From NCBI GenBank assembly GCA_977020255.1, contig CDROCS010000253.1, positions 62,001-126,000 on the forward strand: DNA of 64,000 nucleotides, in the 5' to 3' direction. Shown piece after piece: positions 20,038 through 30,778 of this stretch. The notes below the pieces were generated by a model. That model was given only the letters and a program-made list of their open reading frames with translations. It had not been told where the DNA came from and searched no databases. Each line of letters begins with the position of its first letter. Within the stretch, counting starts at the first letter, position 1. The DNA is from Obrimoposthia wandeli. Taxonomy: Eukaryota. The translations under genes were made by a program, and so were the position numbers.

Positions 20038-20067
20038 AACACTTATTATTTGTCATAAAGAAGTCAT

Positions 20068-20544
20068 ATGAATATATCTAAATTAATCTCTACGTGTCTA
20101 TTTTTACTCGTGGCTACGGTAACTAACTCGGCTATAGCTAACGAACATGAGCATAGTCATGGGCACGCATCTACTCAACAAGGTCTGCAATTAGATCAAG
20201 GAAAAAAATGGCCAATTGATGCAAGCTTACATACTGGCATGAGTAAGATAAAAACCTCAATCGAAGAAAATATTTCAGAGATCCATCATAAGCAATTTAC
20301 CGACGCACAGTATAAATCACTCGCTGGGAAGATAGATTCACAGCTAGCTTACCTCTTTGAAAACTGTAAATTACCGGAAGATGCTGATGCACAATTACAT
20401 ATTTTACTGTTTAATATTATGCAAGCTAGCAAACAAATGCAATCGTCAGATAAACCGCGTTCAGGGGCCATTAAAACAATAAAAGCCTTACAGAAATACC
20501 CTCACTATTTTGATGATAAAGGTTGGCAAGCATTGCAACACTAA
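20068..20544 (+). CDS. Exported His-rich protein, DnrO-like
   Basis: Signal peptide, HEHSHGH, LQLDQGKKWPID, NCKLPEDADAQLH. Recognised from memory of DnrO-annotated proteins. Confidence 0.6.
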   Translation: MNISKLISTCLFLLVATVTNSAIANEHEHSHGHASTQQGLQLDQGKKWPIDASLHTGMSKIKTSIEENISEIHHKQFTDAQYKSLAGKIDSQLAYLFENCKLPEDADAQLHILLFNIMQASKQMQSSDKPRSGAIKTIKALQKYPHYFDDKGWQALQH

Positions 20545-20559
20545 AGATAATATTTAAAG

Positions 20560-20589
20560 AAAAAAGGAGCTATTAAGCTCCTTTTTTTT
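20560..20589. terminator. Bidirectional terminator
   Basis: A6-GGAGC-tattaa-GCTCC-T8 between convergent genes. Confidence 0.8.
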
Positions 20590-20600
20590 ACGTGGTTTTA

Positions 20601-21677
20601 TCATGTTGAAACTACTGGTTTGTTGGGTTTAAACCAATAACGTTCAAGTACTTTTAAAGCAGACATAATATAAAAAACGGCAGAGCAAATAAGTAATACT
20701 CGTTGGATTAAAATCTCGCTAAAGTTACTATCTGCCGCCATAGCGCTATTTACAATAACTAGCAGTGCGATAAACCCTGAACTGTAATATTTAGCCATTG
20801 ATGTTCCAGAAAAAATATGGCGACCAAAAAAGAGTGCGGTGGCTAGGAGTAAGAATAAATAAAAATTAAATTGTGGCACAGCAACAATTAACCAATAAAA
20901 AACACAAGCAAATGCCCCGCCTAACAAGGTAGACAACAATGAGTTTTCCCCGGCCTGCTTGCCTTCAGCCAAATCAGGTTTAAGAATAAATAGTGCTGAA
21001 AAAACCATCACTAATAAATAATCACTCAAACCATAACTGATAAAAATTGCCGCAATAGGAAAAACTACCAAAGTACTTTTTAAAGCAGTTTGTGCGGCAA
21101 CTTTTGAGTAAGCATTACTGTATTTAGGTTTTATAGGAAATTGGGTGAAGTTAGGATCCGGAAAAACAAAGTGTGCTAGCCAAAGCATCGCAATAGTTAA
21201 CCAACTGGAATAAACAAACCCTGCTGAAAAACCTATTGCTAAACCTTCGTTGCTATTGGCAATCATAGGTAAGACTAAAATAGCGATCATCGACATTAAG
21301 GTAAACCAAAATGAACCACCACGATTTAAATAGTAATATAGATGAAACAAAACCAAGGCTAACGTGATTAGATAGACAATCGGATACTGTAAAAAAAATA
21401 ATGAGAAAGCTAACCCTATAGCGAACGCCTTTAAGGTACTCATCATATTATTAAAACTGGCTTTAACAGATGGTTTCGGTAATGGCATCGCCAAAATCAT
21501 CGCGGTGAAAACAGGCATTAAAAAAGCTAAAGGCCAATTGATGCCATACGCTAGCCCGCAGGAAAGTGTGACCCCAAAGGCAAAACGTAATACACGCATG
21601 GTGCTAACATCAGTAAAAATACTCTTACTAATGTAAGTACCTATATTAGCTGAATGATTTATCACTTTAATAGACAT
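20601..21677 (-). CDS. DUF2955/FUSC-like multi-pass membrane protein
   Basis: RVLRFAFGVTL, about 10 hydrophobic segments, overlaps the HlyD gene by 11 bp. Confidence 0.65.
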   Translation of the reverse strand: MSIKVINHSANIGTYISKSIFTDVSTMRVLRFAFGVTLSCGLAYGINWPLAFLMPVFTAMILAMPLPKPSVKASFNNMMSTLKAFAIGLAFSLFFLQYPIVYLITLALVLFHLYYYLNRGGSFWFTLMSMIAILVLPMIANSNEGLAIGFSAGFVYSSWLTIAMLWLAHFVFPDPNFTQFPIKPKYSNAYSKVAAQTALKSTLVVFPIAAIFISYGLSDYLLVMVFSALFILKPDLAEGKQAGENSLLSTLLGGAFACVFYWLIVAVPQFNFYLFLLLATALFFGRHIFSGTSMAKYYSSGFIALLVIVNSAMAADSNFSEILIQRVLLICSAVFYIMSALKVLERYWFKPNKPVVST

Positions 21678-22788
21678 AAGAAAGTATGCTTAATACTCTA
21701 ATCCAAAGCCAACCAAGACTGTTAACGAACCAATTATCACCAGTATAAATTTGTACATCTGCTTGACCACCTAATCGACGCTTACCTTTAGTACTATCGT
21801 CATCAAAGGTAATCATTACCGGAAAGCGTTGCGCATCTCTAAGCCAGCCAGTTTTTGATTCAACTGTGGCTAAACCACCAACAGCACTGGTAGATAAAGT
21901 ATCAACGGCAAAACCTATACTGCTTATTTTCCCCTGATAAATAGTCCCAGGATTTACATCTAAAGCTATTTCAACTGAGTTGCCTATCGCTAAGTTAGCT
22001 AAATTATTCTCACGTAAATTTACTTGGATCCAAGCAGTATTACCTTCAATAAAGGTCATGGATGCCGCGCCAGCTTTAGCATAAAAACCGGTATCAATTT
22101 GCAAGTTAGTGATGCCACCGTATGAAGGGGCGAGAACAACAGTTCGGCTGAGGTCCAATTGTGTTTTTTTCAATTGTGCCATTGCAGCCCTAATTCTAGG
22201 GTTATCATTACCTTCTTTGCCAAGCGCCTGTTTGGCTTTATCTAAGTTAGCTTCTGCACTGATCACTTGCGCCTTACTTTGTTTAATTGCGGCACGAGCT
22301 TTATCACCATCAGAATGAGAAAGCACATTTTTTTGTTCCATTTCAAAAACACGCGCACTTTGTGCATTAACATGTTCAACGTTAGTCTCTGCCACAACTA
22401 ATTGTGCCTGCGCGGTAACGACCGATGCCATGCCAGCACCGATTTCTTGACCTGCCAACTCTAAAGATGCTTCAGCATTTTCTACGTTGAGTTCATAGTC
22501 GCTTGGATCAATTTTAAATAATATATCTCCAGGAGCGACTATCTGATCTTGCTTGACTAATACTTCTATTACCCGGCCAGAAACTTGCGGCACAATGGGA
22601 ATAACATAAGTTTGCACTCTCGCTTGGTCTGACCAAGGTGCATGCCTATCAGCAATAATGTACCAAACAAAAATCAAGGCTGTTATGACTAACACGTATT
22701 TAGTGATTTTACGCACAGGATCTTGTGTTTCATTTGGCGTGCTAGCTGCTTTAACTGGCGTTTCTTTTTGTTGCTCTTGTTCTGACAT
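21667..22788 (-). CDS. HlyD/EmrA-family membrane fusion protein
   Basis: N-terminal TM, IVPQVSGRVIEV, GDILFKIDPSDY, long coiled coil, RDAQRFPV. Confidence 0.85.
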   Translation of the reverse strand: MSEQEQQKETPVKAASTPNETQDPVRKITKYVLVITALIFVWYIIADRHAPWSDQARVQTYVIPIVPQVSGRVIEVLVKQDQIVAPGDILFKIDPSDYELNVENAEASLELAGQEIGAGMASVVTAQAQLVVAETNVEHVNAQSARVFEMEQKNVLSHSDGDKARAAIKQSKAQVISAEANLDKAKQALGKEGNDNPRIRAAMAQLKKTQLDLSRTVVLAPSYGGITNLQIDTGFYAKAGAASMTFIEGNTAWIQVNLRENNLANLAIGNSVEIALDVNPGTIYQGKISSIGFAVDTLSTSAVGGLATVESKTGWLRDAQRFPVMITFDDDSTKGKRRLGGQADVQIYTGDNWFVNSLGWLWIRVLSILSYVY

Positions 22789-22944
22789 GTTGTTTTATTC
22801 TTCCGTAATAATCTGTTGCTTTAAAATAACATCACGCTTAGCTTGCTATAAATATCTAGCTACACTTTTAAGTCATTTTAGGGTTAGATAATTTTCAATA
22901 TTATCATCGTTGATCAATGTGTTACAGATGCTTTTTATAAATAA

Positions 22945-24003
22945 TCACTCATCAAATACATCCATATATTTATCTTTTATTTCGAGTACTTTCGGTAAAC
23001 ACTTTATAAATTCTGGCACTAATACTGGATCAAAATGTTTTCCAGTTTCCTCTTCTAATAGTGCGATCGCTTTTTCTACTGGCCATGCACTTTTGTAGGG
23101 ACGTACTGACGTTAACGCATCGAATACATCAGCAATAGCAACAATACGAGCGCTTAAAGGAATATCTTCACCTGATATGCCATTAGGGTAACCACTGCCA
23201 TCATATTTTTCATGATGACAAAGGGCTATTTCGCGTGCCATTTTCATCAAATCTGACTCATGTTCTCCAAGGATTTCTACACCACATTCAACATGTGTTT
23301 GCATGATAGTCCACTCTTCTTTATCGAGTTTCCCTGGCTTGAGTAACACTCTGTCTGGTATCGCTATTTTACCAATATCATGCATTGGAGCAGCGTTATA
23401 AAGTAGCTCGACCCACTCATCGTTCGCCTGAATTTGCTCAGCTAAAAACTTAGAGTACCAACTCATTCTAATAACATGCAAACCCGTTTCATTGTCTTTA
23501 TACTCAGCTGCACAACCTAATCGCTGAATGATTTCTAATCGCGTATCATCGAGCTCTTTTGTACGTTGCTTCACTAATACTTCAAGTTCACGCTGTTGAT
23601 TATATAGTGCTAATTGTGCACGTACTCGCGCCAGTACAATAGGCACACTTATTGGCTTAGTAATGTAATCAACGGCGCCTAATTCAAACCCCGCTTCTTC
23701 ATCTTTTGTTTCTGTTTTAGCGGTAACAAAAATCACTGGAATATTGGCTGTACTCGGATTCAACTTTAATTGCCGACAAACTTCATAGCCATCCATTCCT
23801 GGCATCATAATATCAAGCAGGATAATGTCTGGCTTGTTTTTTGCTGATGCGACTTTAAGCGCTAATTCACCATTAATCGCTGCTTTTACTTTGTAAAAAG
23901 GACGTAATACACCACTTAATACGTCTAGATTATCTGAGTTATCATCAACAATAAGTACTGTCGCTTTATCTCCGTCTACTACTTCATGCTTTGATAATGT
24001 CAT
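22945..24003 (-). CDS. Response regulator with HD-GYP c-di-GMP phosphodiesterase domain (RpfG-like)
   Basis: REC IVDDN/LLDIMMP/TKP, HDIGK, HHEKYDGSGYP, VADVFDAL-like IADVFDALTSVRPYK. ATG 24003 preferred. Confidence 0.92.
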   Translation of the reverse strand: MTLSKHEVVDGDKATVLIVDDNSDNLDVLSGVLRPFYKVKAAINGELALKVASAKNKPDIILLDIMMPGMDGYEVCRQLKLNPSTANIPVIFVTAKTETKDEEAGFELGAVDYITKPISVPIVLARVRAQLALYNQQRELEVLVKQRTKELDDTRLEIIQRLGCAAEYKDNETGLHVIRMSWYSKFLAEQIQANDEWVELLYNAAPMHDIGKIAIPDRVLLKPGKLDKEEWTIMQTHVECGVEILGEHESDLMKMAREIALCHHEKYDGSGYPNGISGEDIPLSARIVAIADVFDALTSVRPYKSAWPVEKAIALLEEETGKHFDPVLVPEFIKCLPKVLEIKDKYMDVFDE

Positions 24004-24105
24004 ATTCACCTCTACTATTATTGTATCGATAGTACATCGAAGAGAGTACACGCACTATTGATTACTTTATTATTATTTTCTTGTAAGTAACTACTTAGTT
24101 GCTAG

Positions 24106-27100
24106 CTACTTACTTAGTATATCGATAAATTCATTCAAAGCGGTTTCCGCTTCAGTAAATTCATAACCTTCTATTTGCTGATAAATCTTGGTAAATACGG
24201 CTTCTTGCTTAGTGCCCTTTAATTGATTCAAAATATCTTCAGCTAGTTCAATCGATTCTGTTTCAAAATTTTCAACTAGCTCAAGTAACTGAGCTAGTTG
24301 TACCTTAAACTCTTCAGTAAAGGTGAAATTATTAATGGGCGCAGTGCTTTCAACACTATTTTCTTTAGCTAAATACCCTGTTAATTCATTTAAGACGAGC
24401 ATTAACTCTTCAGTGACTTGATCAAGTAAGTTAACTAACTCATCTGTATTAGCATCATTTGCACAAACCAGCTCAAGCTGATCGGCATATCCCTGTAAAG
24501 CGGTAGCACCGATATTACCGGCACTTCCTTTTAAGGTATGAGCAAAACGGGTAACTTCCTCTTTATCCTGTTTTAACATAGAGGTTTTAAAGCGCTCTAC
24601 AAAGTCCTCTTGCCCACTGACAAACCTACCTAATAATTTAACATATAATGATTTATTACCATTGGCCACCGCTAAACCTGCACTGGTATTAATAGCATTA
24701 AAATCAGGTAGTTCTATAACCTTTTCAGGTAAGGAAGAAACACTTAATGCCGATTTATCAATGTCGTGGTTTACCTTGGCCGAAGGTGAAATCCACTTTG
24801 CAATGGTGGCAAACATGGTATTGACATTAATAGGCTTAGTAATGTGATCATTCATTCCTGAAGCTAATACTTTTTCTTTATCACTCACCATAGCATTAGC
24901 TGTCATGGCAATAATAGGAATTGAAGGATCACTTTCTCTAATAATTTTCGTTGCACTAAACCCGTCCATCACTGGCATTTGTAAATCCATTAAAATGCCG
25001 TCAAAGTGCTTGCTAGAGAATTTTTCTACCGCGATAGCACCATTTTCAGCTAACTCAACATCAATGTTAGATTGTTTTAATAGTTCAAGAGCTAGCTCCT
25101 GATTCAACTCATTATCTTCAACCAATAATATTTTCGCGCCGCTTAGACGTTGCTGATTTTGAATAAGTTCATCATCTCGTTTCATTTCTCTAGTATTGCT
25201 GTACGCCTCATCACCATTAAGGCGCATCATTTCATCAAAAATACTCGAAGAAGTGACAGGCTTAACTAAAACACTACTGATACTCTTTTTAAGCTGATCC
25301 ACCGCATCATTATCATTGGCATTAGACGTTACTAAAATAAATTGGTTATCTTGATAATTATTTTGTGACTTTATGATGTGATAGGTTTCAATGCCATCCA
25401 AATCAGGCATATTCCAATCAAGCATAATGAAATCAAACGCCAGCGTTGCTTGCTTAGCGAGTTCAATTGCTTCTTCCCCACTATTTGCCGCAACAACATG
25501 ACAATGAAAAGATTTTAAAATAGAGCTGAGTACATCCAATGCCAGTAAATTGTCATCAACAATAAGAATACGTTTATCCGCTAAAAAGGATTTTTGCTGC
25601 TCAACAAGCTTATTATCAATAACATCAGACACTTGTAATGTAGTGGTAAAAGAAAAACAACTGCCCTCACCTGCTTTACTTTCTAGCCATATCTGACCAT
25701 TCATTAACTCTACTAATTTTTTAGAAATAGTTAAGCCTAAACCAGTTCCGCCGTATTTTCGAGTGGTTGAGCTATCAGCCTGACTAAAGGATTGAAACAG
25801 CTTTTTCTGTTGCTCGTCATCCATTCCAATCCCAGAGTCTTTTACTGAAAACTCTAAGTTAATTTCATCACAACGACTTGTGCTAACGTTAGTAACTACG
25901 TTAACTGAAATAACCACCTGTCCCTGTTCGGTAAACTTAACCGCATTTCCGGCTAAATTTATCAGGATTTGATTCAACCTTAAGGGATCACCCTTCAGCA
26001 TGACAGGGACATCTGGAGAGATATCAAACAACAGCTCTAAGTTTTTTTCTCCAGCTTTTAAGCCAATAATATTAGCTAGGTCTGCAAACGTGTCATGTAA
26101 ACTAAACTCAATAACTTCAATATCTAACTTACCTGCCTCAATTTTCGAGAAATCGAGAATGTCATTAATAATCCCTAATAAGGATTCTGCCGCTTTATAA
26201 ACTTTGGTCACGTAGTTCTTTGGTTTTCTGTCTAATTCACACCCCAATGCTAAATGAGACATGCCCATAATGGCATTCATAGGTGTACGAATTTCATGAC
26301 TCATGTTCGCTAAAAAGTCGGACTTTGCTTTTGAGGCATCATCAGAGATGCGCTTTGCTTCTAACAGTGCAAATTCAGCTTGTCTATCTAAGGTGATATC
26401 ACGCACCATTACCGCCGCATATAAGCCATTATGAAAATGAACAGGCGTATATACCGCCTGAATTTCAATAAGCTTGCCTGATTTATGCTTAACTCTAAAA
26501 TCTCGTTCTAAACTTCTAGTATCGATGACAGCTTCTTCTTGAAAGAACTTTTTAAGTAAAGCTTTATGGCTCTCTACTTGTTCTTTAGGAATAAACAAAT
26601 CTACCGGATTACCTACAATTTCATCTCTTTCAAAACCAAGTAATTCAATGCCAGTTTGGTTAATCTGTTCTACTTCATCATTTTGATTCATGATGACCAT
26701 ACAAACGGGTAAATGTTCTAGCATTTTTTCGAGGCGTTCTGTCTCTTGTATCCGAAGAGTAATATCTTGTAATGCAATAACACACGCTAAGTCAGACTGG
26801 TCATCTTCAACCGGCGAAATACTATATTCAAGGGGGAGTTCTCTTGCTCCGCTCATTAATACATATTCATTGGCAATACGAATAACTTTCTTGGTTTGAA
26901 TTGCTTTATAAACTTCTGTTTCTTCAAAAGTGAGGTTTGCTTCATTATCTCCTGCAAAAAGTGAGATGAGATCACTTGATAGAATTTCCTCTTCACTATA
27001 TCCCGTTATTTTTGTTGCTGATTCATTGGCAAAAATAAAGTTACCTTTTTTATCAACGCCCAAAATACCATCAGCAACGGAGCTATTAATGAGTTTGCTT

Positions 27101-29157
27101 TTTTGTTCAGATAAGGCTAACTCTTTCGTTCTCAAGTTAACCTGCTCTGCCAATTCATTTTGAGAACGCCGACTAATTTCATTCGCTCTATTAGAGATAG
27201 TAATCATAAAAATAGAAATGGAGAGAATAAAGGCACTTGATATGATTAACCCGATAAGCAATAAACTTCTTACATCATAATATTCAGCTAACATTTCGCT
27301 TAGTTGAATTTCACTAACAACGGTAAAGTTAGAGCCTTTTAACGTGATCCACTGCCCGACAACGGTTTTTCCCCTGTAGTTTTGATAGCCATCTAAGTCT
27401 TGTCCGCTGAGTTTAAATTGTGCGGCTTGCACTATCGGATTATTTTCAGGGTCTTGCAAACGAACATTAAGCACACTACTTTCGCCAGCAGGTACAATAC
27501 CTTGTTGTTGTAATTCTTGCGTAAAACGGCTACTTGAAATGATGTAACCCTTGGGGTCTACTGCGTAACTTTCAAAGCTATGTCCTAATCGACCGTCAAT
27601 AAATAATTGTGAAAATTCTCTATCCGGATCGAATCTAAAACCTAATACAGCAATAATTTTCTGCTGTTCATTACGCACTGGCGTGGCAATAAAGATTTCA
27701 GCGTCTTTGTCCTTTATATTTTTATTATCATCAATGTCAACATTTGACCAAACGGGTGGAATAAACTCGGTACTGCCCATAACTACTTTATTAAATAATT
27801 CAGGCCGTTGGTTCATTATGGGAGAGTCTTTCCCCTCAACGCTCTGTACAAGGTTTAATAAATAACGTCCTTGCACATCACTGATGGTATAAGCTCTGCC
27901 TCCTTGTGTAGTGTAGGGGCGTTTGGCAAAGTATTCTCTCAGCGCTGTTTGAGCCTGAATAAACTTAACGTTATCGCCAGCCTCCTGAGCTAGAACAAGG
28001 GTATTAACTAAGGGCTCAAAACCTTTAGATTTTGCAATGTTATGAGCCAATAACTCACGTTCTCGATACCAACCTTTAAGTGTTTTTTCAGTGACATCTC
28101 GAGTGACATTAAACGTTTCTTTTTGATCAATAAGCACCTGCTCCTTATAATCATTTAAGAAAAAATAAATCCCCGCAGCGGATAGAGATATAATTAAGAT
28201 AAGTACGGTAAAGTAGGTCGTTCTAAAGGCTAACGTATCAAGCTTTATCGCGATAGTACTGGCAAATTTACGAGCTAAAAATAGCGCAAGTAAGACAAAA
28301 ACAATGGCATAAATAAAGACACTGATTAAGCTAATACCTTTATCTAATTGAGCTCTAGTATCGTAACCTTTATCAACGGTAGGCTCTGCCCACTTACTTT
28401 GCATCGCCAAAATAAAATCATCGCCAAGCTGATCAATTCCCCAGTTTAATAGCTCAACAAGTTCCGGTTTATCTTTATTCACACAAAAACCGATAGGTAA
28501 ACTGTCAAATTGACTGATAGCTATAGGAGTAATATTTTTAAAGTTATGTTTTTTCATCATATATTTATAAAGATATAAATAAGTAATAAACCCATCGTAC
28601 TGACCACTCTCAATACTTTGATAACCTTCGAAGTTACTGCTAAGTCCTATAGGATTTATTGATATTTGTTTGGCAAATTCAGCGTCTGCATAACCCGCAA
28701 TAGAGGCTATCTTTTGTGCTGACGTTATATCCATCTCATTTTTAATTTTGCTATTTTTATTAATCACCACAATCGGGGTCATTTGTAAAAATGGCTTAGT
28801 AAATAAGACTTCTCCTTGTCGTTGTTCAATATTCCCACACACTGAAATAGCATCAATATTGCCACGCAACATAGAATCGTACTCAGCCCGGAAATCTGAT
28901 ACGGAGGTTTCTTGTAAATCTACCGGTAGTATCGATGATAATTGTTGGCGTATTAGTTTACCGGCACCATGGGTGATGCCTTGCTCGTCTACATAGTCAA
29001 AGGGGGGGAATGTGCCATCAACACCAATGTGAACAACTGGATTAGTATGAGCCCAATCGACTAAATGGGTAGGCAAGCTTTCTGCAATTGCGTTTTGATG
29101 AAAAAACGATTGTAGAAATAAAAATGCGATGAATGAACACTTGTTTAGTTTTATCAT
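24106..29157 (-). CDS. Unorthodox hybrid sensor histidine kinase (SBP_bac_3 - Cache-like - PAS x2 - HisKA - HATPase - REC x2 - Hpt)
   Basis: GVDGTFPPFDY (SBP), FLANMSHEIRTPMNAI, NLAGNAVKFT, DSGIGM, GGTGLGL, DWNMP and DLQMP receivers, AHTLKGSAGNIG (Hpt). Confidence 0.92.
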   Translation of the reverse strand: MIKLNKCSFIAFLFLQSFFHQNAIAESLPTHLVDWAHTNPVVHIGVDGTFPPFDYVDEQGITHGAGKLIRQQLSSILPVDLQETSVSDFRAEYDSMLRGNIDAISVCGNIEQRQGEVLFTKPFLQMTPIVVINKNSKIKNEMDITSAQKIASIAGYADAEFAKQISINPIGLSSNFEGYQSIESGQYDGFITYLYLYKYMMKKHNFKNITPIAISQFDSLPIGFCVNKDKPELVELLNWGIDQLGDDFILAMQSKWAEPTVDKGYDTRAQLDKGISLISVFIYAIVFVLLALFLARKFASTIAIKLDTLAFRTTYFTVLILIISLSAAGIYFFLNDYKEQVLIDQKETFNVTRDVTEKTLKGWYRERELLAHNIAKSKGFEPLVNTLVLAQEAGDNVKFIQAQTALREYFAKRPYTTQGGRAYTISDVQGRYLLNLVQSVEGKDSPIMNQRPELFNKVVMGSTEFIPPVWSNVDIDDNKNIKDKDAEIFIATPVRNEQQKIIAVLGFRFDPDREFSQLFIDGRLGHSFESYAVDPKGYIISSSRFTQELQQQGIVPAGESSVLNVRLQDPENNPIVQAAQFKLSGQDLDGYQNYRGKTVVGQWITLKGSNFTVVSEIQLSEMLAEYYDVRSLLLIGLIISSAFILSISIFMITISNRANEISRRSQNELAEQVNLRTKELALSEQKSKLINSSVADGILGVDKKGNFIFANESATKITGYSEEEILSSDLISLFAGDNEANLTFEETEVYKAIQTKKVIRIANEYVLMSGARELPLEYSISPVEDDQSDLACVIALQDITLRIQETERLEKMLEHLPVCMVIMNQNDEVEQINQTGIELLGFERDEIVGNPVDLFIPKEQVESHKALLKKFFQEEAVIDTRSLERDFRVKHKSGKLIEIQAVYTPVHFHNGLYAAVMVRDITLDRQAEFALLEAKRISDDASKAKSDFLANMSHEIRTPMNAIMGMSHLALGCELDRKPKNYVTKVYKAAESLLGIINDILDFSKIEAGKLDIEVIEFSLHDTFADLANIIGLKAGEKNLELLFDISPDVPVMLKGDPLRLNQILINLAGNAVKFTEQGQVVISVNVVTNVSTSRCDEINLEFSVKDSGIGMDDEQQKKLFQSFSQADSSTTRKYGGTGLGLTISKKLVELMNGQIWLESKAGEGSCFSFTTTLQVSDVIDNKLVEQQKSFLADKRILIVDDNLLALDVLSSILKSFHCHVVAANSGEEAIELAKQATLAFDFIMLDWNMPDLDGIETYHIIKSQNNYQDNQFILVTSNANDNDAVDQLKKSISSVLVKPVTSSSIFDEMMRLNGDEAYSNTREMKRDDELIQNQQRLSGAKILLVEDNELNQELALELLKQSNIDVELAENGAIAVEKFSSKHFDGILMDLQMPVMDGFSATKIIRESDPSIPIIAMTANAMVSDKEKVLASGMNDHITKPINVNTMFATIAKWISPSAKVNHDIDKSALSVSSLPEKVIELPDFNAINTSAGLAVANGNKSLYVKLLGRFVSGQEDFVERFKTSMLKQDKEEVTRFAHTLKGSAGNIGATALQGYADQLELVCANDANTDELVNLLDQVTEELMLVLNELTGYLAKENSVESTAPINNFTFTEEFKVQLAQLLELVENFETESIELAEDILNQLKGTKQEAVFTKIYQQIEGYEFTEAETALNEFIDILSK

Positions 29158-29251
29158 AGGAAATAAACACTTAAATTATAAATAACATTTTTTATTTTTA
29201 TACAGTCTAGTCTATTATGGATTAAAGATTAAGCGATTAGAACATATAGTT

Positions 29252-30778
29252 ATGCCAAGTAATTTTAGTGATATTAATGCCTTAGTTATCGATAACAACA
29301 GCAGTATGAGGCAAATCATGGTCTCAATGCTGCGCGTTATGGGTATGAAGACGGTGATTGTTGCCAATAGTGAAAGTCAATGTATGCAGCTAATTTCTGC
29401 AGATAAAATAAATTTAGTGGTATGTGGCTGGAACTTACCCAAATTGAACGCTTTATCGGTATTAAAAAAGTTACGTGATAATGAAAACACCTTGAAAACT
29501 CCCTTTGTGATTGTCTCTACCATGATAGAACAAGACTTAATTAAACAAGCAATTGCACATGGTGTATCAGAGTATTTAGTTCCTCCATTTAATAAAAAAA
29601 TATTTGAAAATCGTATAAATAAAGCGCTCAAAATGCCAATACAGGCAAGTGCAACAAGCTTATCACGTACGATTAATAGCAAGCGATTTAGCCAAAAAGT
29701 CCATTGTGGTGAATTAGATGTATTAGTTGTTGATGATATTGCCGATAACATTGCAATCATTAAAGAGCTCATCAAAGACAAATATAGAGTCAAAGCTGCG
29801 TTAAATGCTAAAACAGCAATGAAAATTTGCTTGTCTGATTCACCCCCTGATTTAATACTACTGGACATTATGATGCCAGAAATTGACGGGTTAACTTTGT
29901 GTAAGCAGCTTAAAGAGAACCCATTAACACAAAATATTGTCGTTATCTTTTTAACCGCGCTTTCTGAAACAGAAGATGTTGTTAAGGGGCTTTCACTTGG
30001 CGCAGTCGATTATATTACTAAACCTATCGTTCCTGCGATATTGTTAGCTCGCATTGAAGTGCACAGTAAAATCATTTTGAATCAACGCACCATACAAGGT
30101 CAAATAGACAATTTATTGCAGCAAAATGAAATGTGCAATCAGTCTAATGACAACATATACAATAAGTTAAATAAGCTATTGCGTGATAGTACTGAAACAT
30201 TAATTGAACTATCTACCACCGTTAATACAAAATCTTCCAAACGTTCTTTATCACAATTAGAATACAACATTGGCATGAGTACATTGTTACTTGATAGCGG
30301 CCATGTTTTAGCAAAATTACAACAAAGTAATTACACACTAACTATTACTAAAGAAAAGCTAAAAAAGCTCTTATTCCCAATATTGAGTATTTTTGATTTC
30401 GCTATTGCCAACAAAAATATAGAGGCCTTTGACAACATTGATGAGAATATCAATGTTAATTGCGATAAAAAACTCCTGATTATTATCTTTGCTTGTCTTT
30501 ATCTCAATGCCTTAGATGCTGCACCTAGGGGATCTAAAGTGTCAATTACTTCAGAAGTCTATCAAGACTTCATACTCATTAAAATTCACAATATTACAGA
30601 AATCTCTGAAGAAGGCTTGGATAATATTGCACACTTATCGCTTTCAAATAAAACAAATAAGATTAATGATATGAGTATCAATCTAGCTTTCTTAGCAATG
30701 AATAAACTTCAAGGTGAACTTTATTTTCATAGTCATAAGGAGTTTGGTACCACTTTCTACCTAAAGTTACCTTGCTAA
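29252..30778 (+). CDS. Atypical pseudo-receiver - receiver - degenerate histidine-kinase protein
   Basis: REC1 has VVCGWN (Asp to Gly) and LVPP (no Lys). REC2 is intact (VVDD, LLDIMMP, TKP). The C-terminus has an N-box (LYLNALD) and GTTF, but no H-box, DxGxG or GxGLG. Confidence 0.8.
   Translation: MPSNFSDINALVIDNNSSMRQIMVSMLRVMGMKTVIVANSESQCMQLISADKINLVVCGWNLPKLNALSVLKKLRDNENTLKTPFVIVSTMIEQDLIKQAIAHGVSEYLVPPFNKKIFENRINKALKMPIQASATSLSRTINSKRFSQKVHCGELDVLVVDDIADNIAIIKELIKDKYRVKAALNAKTAMKICLSDSPPDLILLDIMMPEIDGLTLCKQLKENPLTQNIVVIFLTALSETEDVVKGLSLGAVDYITKPIVPAILLARIEVHSKIILNQRTIQGQIDNLLQQNEMCNQSNDNIYNKLNKLLRDSTETLIELSTTVNTKSSKRSLSQLEYNIGMSTLLLDSGHVLAKLQQSNYTLTITKEKLKKLLFPILSIFDFAIANKNIEAFDNIDENINVNCDKKLLIIIFACLYLNALDAAPRGSKVSITSEVYQDFILIKIHNITEISEEGLDNIAHLSLSNKTNKINDMSINLAFLAMNKLQGELYFHSHKEFGTTFYLKLPC

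Noticed and set aside
18841-20067. FNR/DNR or NsrR sites for the NirO/NirP/DnrO-like genes
   Set aside because: No TTGAT-N4-ATCAA or NsrR-type palindrome was found by eye.
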